Source: Candidatus Hydrogenedentota bacterium
Lineage (GTDB): Bacteria > Hydrogenedentota > Hydrogenedentia > Hydrogenedentales > SLHB01
Assembly: GCA_963668025.2 (NCBI GenBank)
Contig: CAXXTH010000010.1
Coordinates: 736,001 to 800,000, forward strand
DNA length: 64,000 nucleotides
Reading direction: 5' to 3'
Within the stretch, counting starts at the first letter, position 1. Each line of letters begins with the position of its first letter. The notes under the pieces are model-generated. The model searched no databases. It was not told where the DNA came from and saw nothing but the letters and a program-made list of their open reading frames with translations. Below are positions 30,440-40,033 of this stretch, one piece after another. The translations under genes and the position numbers were made by a program.

Positions 30440-30485
30440 TGGTGAACTGGATGGGATTCGAACCCATGACCACCGGATTAAAAGT
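30440..30485 (-). repeat. att site: displaced 3' part of tRNA-Lys
   Basis: 46-bp direct repeat of 42732..42777 with one mismatch. Confidence 0.93.
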
Positions 30486-30728
30486 TCTATATTACAGATA
30501 TCTTATTAATAAGCCAGGACAAGAATTCACAATAAAAATAAGGCGTTTATCAATATTCATTGTCCTTCCTTTTAGTCATTCACCCCCTTTTTTTAATCCT
30601 ACTTGCCACTACATTGTCACCTAAAGATGAAATATTATTTATAAAATATTCGTAATACTGTTTTCGTTATTGAAGAAAATACTAATAGTGAGAATATACT
30701 CACTCAATTTTATACAGCCTAGCGATGT

Positions 30729-30850
30729 TTGCGATCTTGCGATGATAATTCATAAAGCACTGCTATATCAATACTTATAGCTTTCTTACTTTTTGCGATC
30801 TGCTTGCGATGGGTTGCGATGGGTTGCGAAGGGTTGCGAAGGGTTGCGAT
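30729..30850 (+). repeat. Iteron array, putative replication origin
   Basis: Eight TTGCGA copies including four tandem GGGTTGCGAW 10-mers; adjacent AT-rich tract; downstream of the replicase gene. Confidence 0.75.
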
Positions 30851-30914
30851 GAAATAAAAAAAACACTTCCCGTCCATGGAGGGGAAATGTTTCATGTTTA
30901 TATTTTGGGATGGG

Positions 30915-32981
30915 TCAGTTTAACAGCGCCACCCGCTTTGTGTTTGGATCATAATCCACGTATCCATGAGATTTGAGCATTAAAAGCGCCTTGACAACGA
31001 TCTCTTGCTTGCGGATACCATTAGGTCCATTCCTATGTATATAGCTTGTGGATACCGCGCCGTCCTGCTTCCGTAGCCATTCCAAAAGCCTATTAGCCAT
31101 GTGCGCTTCCTCATCGTTTTGTGAAACACTGCGCAAACGTTGCGCCTCATTCAAATACCACTTCGTGAGGATGATCCCATTTTGCATAGCGGGGAGAGAT
31201 ATTTCTTGGGCACTAAAATCCTCGATAGTTTGCAGTACACACGCGATACGCGCCGCTTGTTGTGCGGCTTTTCTAAGTGTTGAATCCACGTCTGCATATG
31301 TGTTGGCTTTGATACTTTCACGTACAAAAGAGTCAAACGCCCGCCATGCCCGCAACGCATCCGGGGACAGCCTCATCTCTTGTGGCGCAAGGTGTCTAGG
31401 GTCGCTGTTTGTTTTGAAAGGCATATTCAGCAACCGGGAGATTGCATCATAATACTTGATCATGCGCATATCTTTGTGCGGATCTTTATCCACGTGTTCG
31501 GGGGGAATCATTGGTTCCGGCCATGAAATCAAGAACCGCGATAGTAGCCCTATGCCTTCCGCCATTGGATTTCCAATAAGCGCAGGTGCTATGCAGGGCT
31601 GAATCATGATATGGGCGGCAAGCCGTCTGCCTTCTATTGACAACGAGCCATCGCCCTTCCGGCATTGCGTGATGGGATCGCCATCCCAGTATTTATTAAT
31701 CACGCCGAATGTGCGAGTAACGTTGTCTTTGTTGAATGCCAAGCCACCTAAAAGCAGTGCGCCTTCATCTGCGAATAATCCAAGACTTGGGCGGCCTTCC
31801 AGGAACAAACGGTTTAATCCTTCGATGGTTGGCTCTCCCACCGTCAAAAGATAATGCTGCGGTTCCTCTGGCTTGGTCAGGGCTTCTATGCGCCGGTTCT
31901 GTGCTTCTTGAGAGAGTTTCCCGTCCTTCAATATTCTGTCGCTCTGCGCCTTATACACGGCTTGGGCGATATGGAATTTTCGCATCTCTTCGGTATATGC
32001 CTGCTTACATTTCCGTTCATATTCCCGGTGTGGCTGCAACGCCATTTTATCGCATGAAGTTTTGCGAGAGCCGGAACTGCCGATAGTCAGCGCGTACAAA
32101 CTGATCGGATAGCATTGCACGGAATCAATCCGTACATCCCTGTGGGGTTGCACTGCAAGGCCTCCCGCGCTTAGCAGTGTATTCCCGGCCATGGATGAAG
32201 GAACGCCTAGCACTTCCGTGATGAACGCATGCGCACCCGCCAGCGTCGGCATGAGAGCCTCTACAGGGAAGGGGGCCTGTTTGTCATCGCACAACAGGGG
32301 CACCGGCTCAACACGGGGCACCTGGATGGCCTCAATGGCCACGCTATTGCTTTCGGACAACTCTTTTAGTAGCGCCGCCAGCGGTTCAGGGTCAGGTACC
32401 GGGCCGAATTCATCCCACTGGGGGCGTTGCGCCTTTACCCAATCGCATATGTCACCCTTGGGGGGCAGTTCCGGCAAACGGCATACAACCACTTCGGGGG
32501 AGGGATCAAGCTTACTGAGACACGCGGCCACGGCTTGGGCGTATTGCTCTCCGGGTTCATCGTTATCGGGAAGAATGATCACCCCGGACATATTCCGCAA
32601 TGGCTTCCAATCGGCCTTGGATGCCGCCTGTGCGCCGCCTAAAGAACATACAGCAGATAGACCCATACCGCACAATGCCGCAACACACTTCTCGCCTTCC
32701 GCCACATAGACGGGGCCGGTATCGAACACAAGAATTGATTCACGTCCAAACAATGGGTGTGGTTCAATTGCGCCCGCCGCCCATGCGTTGCCATTGCGTT
32801 TAAAAAATGGCAGGGTCACCTTGGATCCATCGGGGAGATCGTAACGCGCCACATACCCGATGATATTCTTGTTTTCGTCTCGATAGGTCCAGAGATGGCG
32901 GAATATCCCGCCTTTATAAGCGGTCGATATTCCGGGTGGCATTAATTGGATGGGAGCCGTTGCGCTCATGCACACCCCCAT
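30915..32981 (-). CDS. Toprim primase fused to DUF3987/YfjI-like helicase
   Basis: VAEGEKC and LPDNDEPG (Toprim); GSSGSRKTS Walker A, ADEG Walker B, GLLSRFL. Confidence 0.88.
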   Translation of the reverse strand: MGVCMSATAPIQLMPPGISTAYKGGIFRHLWTYRDENKNIIGYVARYDLPDGSKVTLPFFKRNGNAWAAGAIEPHPLFGRESILVFDTGPVYVAEGEKCVAALCGMGLSAVCSLGGAQAASKADWKPLRNMSGVIILPDNDEPGEQYAQAVAACLSKLDPSPEVVVCRLPELPPKGDICDWVKAQRPQWDEFGPVPDPEPLAALLKELSESNSVAIEAIQVPRVEPVPLLCDDKQAPFPVEALMPTLAGAHAFITEVLGVPSSMAGNTLLSAGGLAVQPHRDVRIDSVQCYPISLYALTIGSSGSRKTSCDKMALQPHREYERKCKQAYTEEMRKFHIAQAVYKAQSDRILKDGKLSQEAQNRRIEALTKPEEPQHYLLTVGEPTIEGLNRLFLEGRPSLGLFADEGALLLGGLAFNKDNVTRTFGVINKYWDGDPITQCRKGDGSLSIEGRRLAAHIMIQPCIAPALIGNPMAEGIGLLSRFLISWPEPMIPPEHVDKDPHKDMRMIKYYDAISRLLNMPFKTNSDPRHLAPQEMRLSPDALRAWRAFDSFVRESIKANTYADVDSTLRKAAQQAARIACVLQTIEDFSAQEISLPAMQNGIILTKWYLNEAQRLRSVSQNDEEAHMANRLLEWLRKQDGAVSTSYIHRNGPNGIRKQEIVVKALLMLKSHGYVDYDPNTKRVALLN

Positions 32982-33283
32982 TCCGCCGCCAAGTTATCGA
33001 GTGCGGCGCGAAAGCCAAGATCATACCTCGCTTGCTGAAACGCGATTATGTCTTGGCCACGCACACCACATGCGAAGCACTTATATGCACCCGTTTCCAG
33101 ATTCGCGGAAAAACTGGAAACGTGATCTTCGTGGAAGGGGCAAAGCCCCGAAGCGTAACGGCCTCGGGGCTTGTACCTCTGAATGGCGTTTGAATAGAAA
33201 TCGCGTGGATCAATTTGCTTGACACGATCACGGAGAGATGGTATAGTTTTCATACGGAATTTCCTTAATGTTTTTGCGCCCAT
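32966..33283 (-). CDS. CHC2 zinc-finger primase domain protein
   Basis: LCPFHEDHVSSF...YKCFACG. Confidence 0.9.
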   Translation of the reverse strand: MGAKTLRKFRMKTIPSLRDRVKQIDPRDFYSNAIQRYKPRGRYASGLCPFHEDHVSSFSANLETGAYKCFACGVRGQDIIAFQQARYDLGFRAALDNLAAEWGCA

Positions 33284-33292
33284 AACGCTCGG

Positions 33293-33511
33293 TCAAGCGT
33301 TGTGGGCGTCGCCATTTTCATTGATCCATTGCTGAAACGCACCTTCATGAATAAGCACTCTCTTTCCAATTTTGCGAATAACCTTGTCTCGGAAGCCGTC
33401 GATGTTCCGAAAAATGAGATGCCGTAGACCGCTCTCACTTGGCCAAGGATTATTCCGCGCCCATTCGCGCACCGTAAACAGCCGATTGCTTTGTAAACCT
33501 GTGTATTCCAT
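33293..33511 (-). CDS. AlpA/excisionase-like DNA-binding protein
   Basis: LFTVREWA...SGLRHLIF...RKIGKRVLIHEGAFQQWI winged-helix pattern. Confidence 0.75.
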   Translation of the reverse strand: MEYTGLQSNRLFTVREWARNNPWPSESGLRHLIFRNIDGFRDKVIRKIGKRVLIHEGAFQQWINENGDAHNA

Positions 33512-33580
33512 GTCACCATCCTTCACTAGTGGGGATTAATCCCCGTTCCAAAAAAATGGGCACAATGCCCAATCACACAC

Positions 33581-33609
33581 AGCTTAAACTATTCTATTAC
33601 TATTGTCAA
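33581..33609 (-). promoter_or_regulatory. Sigma70-like promoter of the replication operon
   Basis: TTGACA-17 bp-TAAGCT on the minus strand. Confidence 0.6.
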
Positions 33610-33636
33610 GTCCTGCTAAACAGGATAACGCTAGAC

Positions 33637-33891
33637 CTATTTGAACATCGCCTCGATCTGCCGCTGGGTCGCTTTTTCGCGCCGAAGCCGTAAAAGTTGC
33701 TCGTGCTGCTGTTCATCCCACGTGGGGGGAGCATCCTGATATTCGGCAAATCGCTCCTGGAGCCGGTCAATCGCATCGAGCATGGCCTTTAGGTGTCCCA
33801 AGCGTTTGTTCTGGGGAAGTTTTGACATATTCTCGCCGTGCGCAATAACGGCCTCGATTGCCAGCTTTAGATTGTATTTAACCTCGATCAT
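33637..33891 (-). CDS. Small helical hypothetical protein
   Basis: GAGG RBS, 84 aa, last gene of the structural operon. Confidence 0.6.
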   Translation of the reverse strand: MIEVKYNLKLAIEAVIAHGENMSKLPQNKRLGHLKAMLDAIDRLQERFAEYQDAPPTWDEQQHEQLLRLRREKATQRQIEAMFK

Positions 33892-33898
33892 AGTTACC

Positions 33899-34372
33899 TC
33901 ACTTGTCGGGCCTGCTGCCCGATTTGTCCATCGTTTCTTTGAAAGTCTTGAAGGCAACTTTTGCCAGTATCTCTAAATCGCTATCGCTCGCTTTGAGTGC
34001 TTCTTCCCGCAAATTCGGCATATTTGCTCGTCTGCTTAGATTCCATGCGCGGGGTGAAGGCATGCGCACTTCCAGGCGATTAGGAGATACCTTGATAACA
34101 TACTGGGACATCGTGTTCTCTTTAGATTCACCTGTATATGTAAGCGGATTTGAATGGCCGAACCTGCGGAACTTTCGCGCCTGGTATTTCGCCGTCCGTG
34201 GTTGATATCCATATTCTTGCGCGCCCTGAGTTGTGAAGTGTTTTGGGAATAGCTTTTCACGCCAAAATTCCGCAACGGACAGATTGGCTTTTTGCCGCGC
34301 CTCTTTTGCGGCATTGGCCATGCCCCGGGGCGTTTTACCTGGAAAAATAAGAGTAGGTTTGATTCGGATCAT
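33899..34372 (-). CDS. Phage virion morphogenesis / tail-completion-like protein
   Basis: Basic 157 aa; YQPRTAKYQARKFRRFGHSNPLTYTG resembles the Mu gpG / P2 gpS motif. Confidence 0.55.
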   Translation of the reverse strand: MIRIKPTLIFPGKTPRGMANAAKEARQKANLSVAEFWREKLFPKHFTTQGAQEYGYQPRTAKYQARKFRRFGHSNPLTYTGESKENTMSQYVIKVSPNRLEVRMPSPRAWNLSRRANMPNLREEALKASDSDLEILAKVAFKTFKETMDKSGSRPDK

Positions 34373-35872
34373 TTATTCACCTCCCATGAGCGCTTGGCCA
34401 CGGTCGGGGCGGGTGCTGGGTCGTTGATTCCTAAAAGTTCGCGTTTGCTCTTTGGTGGCTTCGGTCAATTTGTCGAGCCGGTCAGTGATCGCTTTCACAT
34501 CTTGACTATCCAGCTTCGCATTAATTGATTCCTTCACGGCATATTGCGCTAAGCTCGCAGCCGGATGCTTCCATTTTTCTACTTCACCGTAAATACTTCC
34601 AGCCGCCTGTAAGTAATGGCCTTCCTGGAATTGTTCACTTGCACGCGATAATGCACGCATAGATCGGCGCATGCCGTACCAAGGAATTCCTTCATCTGTC
34701 GTCAACCCGCCTAGTCCGGCTTCCTCCATCTGCAAGCCTGCTTGCTGATTTTCTAGCGCCATCTGTTGGCTTTCGTATGCGCGCCGTCCGGTCATGCGCC
34801 GCGCCGCCGCCGCCGCCCGCATTTCGGCTGTTTGCTGCTGCCTCTGTAACTCCGGGAATTGCGCTTGCTTCGATAACATTAGATCCCGGGCGTATCCAGC
34901 GGGCTTTTGCGCCGCCGCTTGTTGGGCGAAGAAATCTGCGTTCTGCTCAAGCCATCCAAGCGCTTGGCCTGTCTCTTTTGCCTCAATTCCGTATCGTTTA
35001 TATTGCGTCCAGTCGGCAGCATCAGCGCCCATTACCTGCTTGATGCCAAGCGCCATTTGCGGTTCTGATACCTCTGCCGCCGAATTTTTCCCATACATTT
35101 TTGCGACTTGCAAAGTGAGTGGGGAGTCTTGCCTTAGTCCTTTTGATATATTACTAACCACGGTAGGTAATTGATCACGCGGGGCCGATCTCGATGCGGC
35201 AGAAGCGGCAGCCAAGCCGATATCCAGGCTCGAAAAACCGCCAGCTTGCGGCATGACTCGGGCGATATCCGAAACTTCAAGATCAGATGCTTGGGCGTGA
35301 AAAGCCGTCAAATCTGTGGTTTGTTGCGGAGTTAGTCCACGCGCCGTTCCGCTCAAAATCGCCGTTTCTGAATCTTCCGTTTTGGCCCCGAACTGATTTA
35401 GAAGCATCATCTGATTGGCCATCACTCGGGCCTTTTGTTCATCGCCCTGCATGCGGGATAGCGCCCTCGCCCATATCTCTGTACTATCAGCGGCAGAGAC
35501 GCCATAACGCGCGCCGTGCATGGTGGACTCTGCCATAATTCTAGGATTGTCAGACACCATCATTAAGCCGGTCGATTTCTCGATCAGGGAATTGACAGCG
35601 GTTCCAGACCGCTGGGCCATTTCCTCAAATGCGCGTAATGCGCCTGTGGCAGCATCAATGCCGGTCTTCACGGAGAGCACGCCCCCGGCCATTTTTATAA
35701 GGTCGGATGTACCCTTGCCTGCGAAATCAAGACCCCTACCGGCGCGCCCTCCACTGCGTTCTACGCCATCCAAGGACTTAACAAGGCCTTCGATTTTTTT
35801 GGTGAATGAGACAACATCTTGCACAGCCTTGGCCGTGTCAGCGTCCATCTTATAGATTAAGTCAGAAGGCAT
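34373..35872 (-). CDS. Short tape-measure-like protein
   Basis: 499 aa, Ala/Gly/Gln-rich helical; TMP-like N-terminus (LIYKMDADTAKA) and C-terminus (RLDKLTEAT). Confidence 0.55.
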   Translation of the reverse strand: MPSDLIYKMDADTAKAVQDVVSFTKKIEGLVKSLDGVERSGGRAGRGLDFAGKGTSDLIKMAGGVLSVKTGIDAATGALRAFEEMAQRSGTAVNSLIEKSTGLMMVSDNPRIMAESTMHGARYGVSAADSTEIWARALSRMQGDEQKARVMANQMMLLNQFGAKTEDSETAILSGTARGLTPQQTTDLTAFHAQASDLEVSDIARVMPQAGGFSSLDIGLAAASAASRSAPRDQLPTVVSNISKGLRQDSPLTLQVAKMYGKNSAAEVSEPQMALGIKQVMGADAADWTQYKRYGIEAKETGQALGWLEQNADFFAQQAAAQKPAGYARDLMLSKQAQFPELQRQQQTAEMRAAAAARRMTGRRAYESQQMALENQQAGLQMEEAGLGGLTTDEGIPWYGMRRSMRALSRASEQFQEGHYLQAAGSIYGEVEKWKHPAASLAQYAVKESINAKLDSQDVKAITDRLDKLTEATKEQTRTFRNQRPSTRPDRGQALMGGE

Positions 35873-35892
35873 ATATTTCTCCGTTGCTTAGT

Positions 35893-35927
35893 TGGGGTGG
35901 CGGCGGAAGTGCACACCGCCACCCCTA
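35893..35927 (-). terminator. Hairpin downstream of the capsid gene
   Basis: GGGGTGGCGG...CCGCCACCCC. Confidence 0.55.
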
Positions 35928-35991
35928 AAATGGCGCTCGCCGCCAAACGAGCGCCGGTTATCCGTGAGGCGAGTCACGGCAAGGAGCCTGG

Positions 35992-37941
35992 TTACGAAGC
36001 GCCGGTGCATTTTCGAGAGCAGCGCCAATCAGTCATACTAAGGCCTACGTCTAAACGCACATCCCAGCCAATGCCCCATTCCCCCCTATCGAGCGAGAAG
36101 GTGCGTAGCGCCGGGATTTCATCACCGCCAGCGAGATGCACAATCTCGATAGACGGGGAGTTTTGTGTGCTAAACAGGTAATACGCGGTGTTGCTACCAG
36201 AATGAGTTACGCCGGTTCGGGGATCAACCACGCCATCAGCGCTCAGGCGCTCTTCGGAAATAATATCCAGTCCCAGCACATTAAGTGGGTTGCCCGCGCC
36301 ATCGCCGCTATCCTCGAAACGTTGCGAACTCGAAACGATTTTCGCGGCCAAGAAATACAGCGCGGAAGGAACCACAAGCGTCTTGGCCCGCAAGCCTAAA
36401 ACCGTTTGGCCTACACGCGTGCTTTGCAGCGCCGCGATCTGTGCTTCAAGAGCCGTTGCAGATAGCGCCGTGCCTGTCGTTCCAAGGTTGTTGTGATCGC
36501 CATGGAAGAAGGCCGTACCGTCCGCCGCGTTTGCGTTTGCTAGTATAGCGGACCACACAAAATCAAGTTTGCTTCGCATGCACGCCGCGCCCATTCGATA
36601 GGGTGCATCCGTGATCGCGCCCATATGATCGGCTGCAAGCGTTTCAATGCCTACCTGAAACATCTGCGCAAACGAGTAAACCCGATACGTCTCGGATTCA
36701 TCTGCAAAGTACGTATGGTGCGCTTGGCCACCCGGCGCAAGCTGATTGGCCGTCAAACTCGGACCGTATTTAACACGTTTTTGTGTTTCAAAATCTGGGG
36801 CAGTGATTCGCGGAAGGAACCGGGTGGTGTCTTCGCTTTCCGCCAAACCTTTCAGTAGGGACATACGAACGGAGCCGCTCAAAATATCGCTAAACGTTAG
36901 CGTGCTTTCCGCGCGTGTCAGCACTTCGCGCACAGCGCGTTCTCTGGAGCCGGGTACGCGCAAGCCCGCCGCCCTTAGAACTTCCTTCGCTATATCGCTG
37001 TAGGTTAAGCCGCGCTGCCCCTGCGTTTTTTCTAGCGCCGCCTTCCACTGCGATTGCTCTTCATACGGAAGCATGGACAACGCCCGCGCGCCGTCAAATG
37101 TCTCGGGGAGCAATTGAGCGGAACGATGAACTGCCGGATTCATCTGGAAGCCGAATTGCAGATCAATACCCGCCGGGCCTTGCGGATACAGCTTGGCGTC
37201 GATTGCATCCAGGATTGCCGCGCGCACCTGGTTTTCATCCATCTCGCCAGACAGCGCCCGCGTGCGTAGCTCCTGGTTCACGCCATCGGGATACTTATCG
37301 AGCACCTTCCGGATCGCCAATTCGACTTTTGGGTCAAGGGTGCGTTCTTCGAGTACAGTAGTCGTTTGTTCTTCAGGCATAGGTTTCAATCCTTCTGCGC
37401 ATGAGCGCGTTTTTGCATTTCGGTCCGCGCCTATCGCGGTACAACTCAATTCCTTCAATTCCCATTTCGTAGACACACGTAATGGCATGTTCTCAGGGGC
37501 AGTATATGAGCGGCCATTGACGATCTCGGTCTCGCCCGCCTTAATGTCTCGCTTGTCCAAAATGCGATAGCCAACAGACACATCACGTGCATGGCCATCG
37601 CGGTATTTTTCGTAGACGGGTTGCGCATCCGCTGCAAAGTAAATCCGACCAACCATGCGGCCACCGTCAATATGGATGTCTTCCACATGGCCTAAAACGT
37701 CATGGATGCTTGAGCGGCTGTGGCTATCGCACACTGGCAAATACTCGGGGAGATCCGCGCCGTGCATATCCAGGACTTCGGTGTAGGGATCCCAGCCGCC
37801 CATTTCTACGGGGGAATCAGTAGCGAGAACGGCCTCCACTGAACGGGTGGCGTCGTCTGCGGTGCTGGGCGTGATGGTGAGAGAGCGGGTTGTTAGATCG
37901 TTACTCATCTCGCTCATGCCCATCCTTCTTACCTCGAACAA
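35992..37941 (-). CDS. Prohead protease / major capsid fusion protein
   Basis: N-terminal protease (DSH, DVSVGY, WELKELSCTAIGAD); C-terminal Mu gpT-like capsid (FFHGDHNNL, TLVVPSAL, VRLDVG...DWR); true start may be a few codons downstream. Confidence 0.88.
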   Translation of the reverse strand: MFEVRRMGMSEMSNDLTTRSLTITPSTADDATRSVEAVLATDSPVEMGGWDPYTEVLDMHGADLPEYLPVCDSHSRSSIHDVLGHVEDIHIDGGRMVGRIYFAADAQPVYEKYRDGHARDVSVGYRILDKRDIKAGETEIVNGRSYTAPENMPLRVSTKWELKELSCTAIGADRNAKTRSCAEGLKPMPEEQTTTVLEERTLDPKVELAIRKVLDKYPDGVNQELRTRALSGEMDENQVRAAILDAIDAKLYPQGPAGIDLQFGFQMNPAVHRSAQLLPETFDGARALSMLPYEEQSQWKAALEKTQGQRGLTYSDIAKEVLRAAGLRVPGSRERAVREVLTRAESTLTFSDILSGSVRMSLLKGLAESEDTTRFLPRITAPDFETQKRVKYGPSLTANQLAPGGQAHHTYFADESETYRVYSFAQMFQVGIETLAADHMGAITDAPYRMGAACMRSKLDFVWSAILANANAADGTAFFHGDHNNLGTTGTALSATALEAQIAALQSTRVGQTVLGLRAKTLVVPSALYFLAAKIVSSSQRFEDSGDGAGNPLNVLGLDIISEERLSADGVVDPRTGVTHSGSNTAYYLFSTQNSPSIEIVHLAGGDEIPALRTFSLDRGEWGIGWDVRLDVGLSMTDWRCSRKCTGAS

Positions 37942-38425
37942 AAGTATGGAGCACTTCTAGAATCGGAGAATCGGGCATGATCGTCAATATGTCCATCATC
38001 CATTCTTCCTCTTTGGTGGTAGCACAGAATTTGTGCCCAAAGCCCAGATGATGCCGAATGAGCGCGCCGCGTACTCGACCATATCCAAACACGCTTATCA
38101 TCGCGGCCAGCGGGGAAAGTCCATCATCCAGGGTCATTGTCAGCGCCTCCCATGGAGCGTTCACCCCAAATGAGGATATCGCCGCATCCGGCATTTCCCA
38201 CTGTTTATCCTTAACGAAGAGCGAACCTGCTACAACGGCTTGGAGTAGATCATTGAGCCGTTCACGTGTTTCTTTGTGGGGGATGGATGCACCACGCTCC
38301 AACGCGCCCCAAGCCACGCGGCTTATCCCCAACAGACCAGCGATCTCTGCCTGGGATAGCCTCAAGGCCTTTCGTGTCTTTTCAAGGTCCATGACAAATT
38401 CCTTAACTTTTTCCAAGCAGCCCAT
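37901..38425 (-). CDS. XRE-family HTH regulator with C-terminal extension
   Basis: RKALRLSQAEIAGLLGISRVAWGALERGASIP. Confidence 0.85.
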   Translation of the reverse strand: MGCLEKVKEFVMDLEKTRKALRLSQAEIAGLLGISRVAWGALERGASIPHKETRERLNDLLQAVVAGSLFVKDKQWEMPDAAISSFGVNAPWEALTMTLDDGLSPLAAMISVFGYGRVRGALIRHHLGFGHKFCATTKEEEWMMDILTIMPDSPILEVLHTFVRGKKDGHERDE

Positions 38426-38441
38426 CTGCTAGTATACTGAA

Positions 38442-38470
38442 ATTATACACGAAAGATAAGTACTTGTCAA
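38442..38470 (-). promoter_or_regulatory. Perfect-consensus sigma70 promoter of the xre-capsid operon
   Basis: TTGACA-17 bp-TATAAT with extended TG. Confidence 0.85.
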
Positions 38471-38700
38471 GTGGTATTCGTCAATCCTAAAATAATGATG
38501 AATTCGGGGTGTAGCACCTTCATTTCCTTCGCCGCCTGCGCCATAGCCTCACCTCGGAAGTCGTTAGGTTCCTCGTCCGAGCGAGGAACCTTTGCGCCTT
38601 TCCCGTAATGTTCGCCGGACTCTTTCTGTCGCTCCTTCGCCGCAGGCTTGTACATCTCGGATAGCTTAGCGGCTGAAAAAGGGGTGTCAGTGTCCACCAA
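38467..38700 (-). pseudogene. Probable fragment of a phage ParB/methylase-associated HTH protein
   Basis: YKPAAKERQKESG...EAMAQAAKEMKV resembles a linker plus the start of a helix-turn-helix, then truncates. Confidence 0.35.
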
Positions 38701-39078
38701 AAATCCCTAGGAGGCCTGAAAACGCTCAAAACCTGTCCTAGGGGGCATGTTTCGGGCTGATTTGCCCTCCTAGAACTTTATGGAATTTCACATTATGAGT
38801 AGGTTAAAATGGGCATGGGTTAATATGATATATGAATAAAAGCCTGTAAAAGCCCTAATTGCAGTAGTTTAGGGGTGTCAATGTGCTATAGGTGGGTCGA
38901 TGCCCGGCCCGCCCTTGTCCTTTGGTGTATCACAGGACCCGTACACTGGTACGGCATTTCGGCCTTCCAGAATGCCCCCAGAGCGACGATCTCCCGCAAG
39001 GCTGTATCATCTATCATGCTATCCCTCGCCCTGTGTCGGCCAGCGTGGTGCGGTGCTGGGTCACTGCCGAATGAGACA

Positions 39079-39312
39079 CTAAACGCCTGCTTCAAGAAGC
39101 GATACCACACCACTTCCATGGACGGAATTGTATAAGGACTCGATATACTCGATGATGGATTCCCTGGAAAGATAGATGCGTCGCCCGCGTTTGTAGCCTT
39201 TGATTTTTCGCAACTCAAATAATTCAACCCAGTGTTTCCATGAGTGCCGGAACTCTGCCACTGCCTCATTAGGTGTAATGTCATGGCGGACGATTTCCTT
39301 ATCCATAATCAT
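39079..39312 (-). CDS. Excisionase-like HTH protein
   Basis: ITPNEAVA...KIKGYKRGRRIYLSRESIIEYI; RBS AGGAG. Confidence 0.75.
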   Translation of the reverse strand: MIMDKEIVRHDITPNEAVAEFRHSWKHWVELFELRKIKGYKRGRRIYLSRESIIEYIESLYNSVHGSGVVSLLEAGV

Positions 39313-39368
39313 CTCTCCTTTTTTTTATGGCGGGCCAGCACACGCCAGCCCGCTGCCACTCATTTCTA

Positions 39369-39659
39369 TTATTCGGCCAGGCTCACCGCCAAATATTGCC
39401 AGTCTTTAGGCTTAAAGCTGTGCGAAAAATCCAATGTGCTAAATTCGAGTTCATCATTGTTCAAATTGGCTTCAATGTGGATCTGATTGTCGACAGTGAC
39501 ATAAATCTCCCCACTCTCAACAGAATCACATGTGAATCGTTCCGGTGCGATTCCAAACCGTATACCGGCCAGATAGCGCGCCTTGGCTCTGAGGAATTCG
39601 ATCATTAGAACGGAAAGGCTTTCGAGAGATTTGGCTTGTTCGATAATTTGCATAGACAT
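39369..39659 (-). CDS. Hypothetical protein
   Basis: 96 aa, co-oriented with the other element genes. Confidence 0.55.
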   Translation of the reverse strand: MSMQIIEQAKSLESLSVLMIEFLRAKARYLAGIRFGIAPERFTCDSVESGEIYVTVDNQIHIEANLNNDELEFSTLDFSHSFKPKDWQYLAVSLAE

Positions 39660-39804
39660 GGTGGGAATTCCTTACGGAGGCGATATAATTCTACGGACGG
39701 CGGAGCCTTCGTATCCGCTGCTCGCATCGGCCTTCAGGTGTTCGAGCACCTGGGGGCCTTTTTATGCTCACCGGCCACAATGCCGTATGATGCCTCAAAA
39801 AACT

Positions 39805-40033
39805 TTAGCAGCTTTAGCAAACGTTAGCAAATCGCAAAAAGTCATAAGCCTTTCAGTGACATATACTTACAACAAATTTTAGCAAATTAGAAACTTTAGC
39901 AGGGTCCGTTTTTTCGCCCCTCCGTCGCAACGCTGTCGCAACCGTCGCAACCACGTCGCAAATTTACTATCTATGTAAACCTAATGACACCAATTACTTA
40001 TCATCTTCTGTCGCAGTGTCGCAACTGTCGCAA
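39805..40033 (+). repeat. Second repeat array (TTAGCA x5; TCGCAA x7)
   Basis: Short repeats at roughly 9-11 bp spacing, downstream of and overlapping the integrase 3' end. Confidence 0.7.

Noticed and set aside
30440-30485. Second tRNA gene
   Set aside because: Only the 3' 46 nt are present; it is the att duplicate
30729-30850. Possible CRISPR array
   Set aside because: 6-10 bp repeats with no unique spacers, and no cas genes in the window
38886-39284. 132-aa ORF overlapping the excisionase-like gene
   Set aside because: Alternative frame with no motif; coding status unsupported
39901-39922. GGGTCC resembling lambda cosQ as a packaging site
   Set aside because: A 6-bp match is too weak and no cosN-like dyad was found
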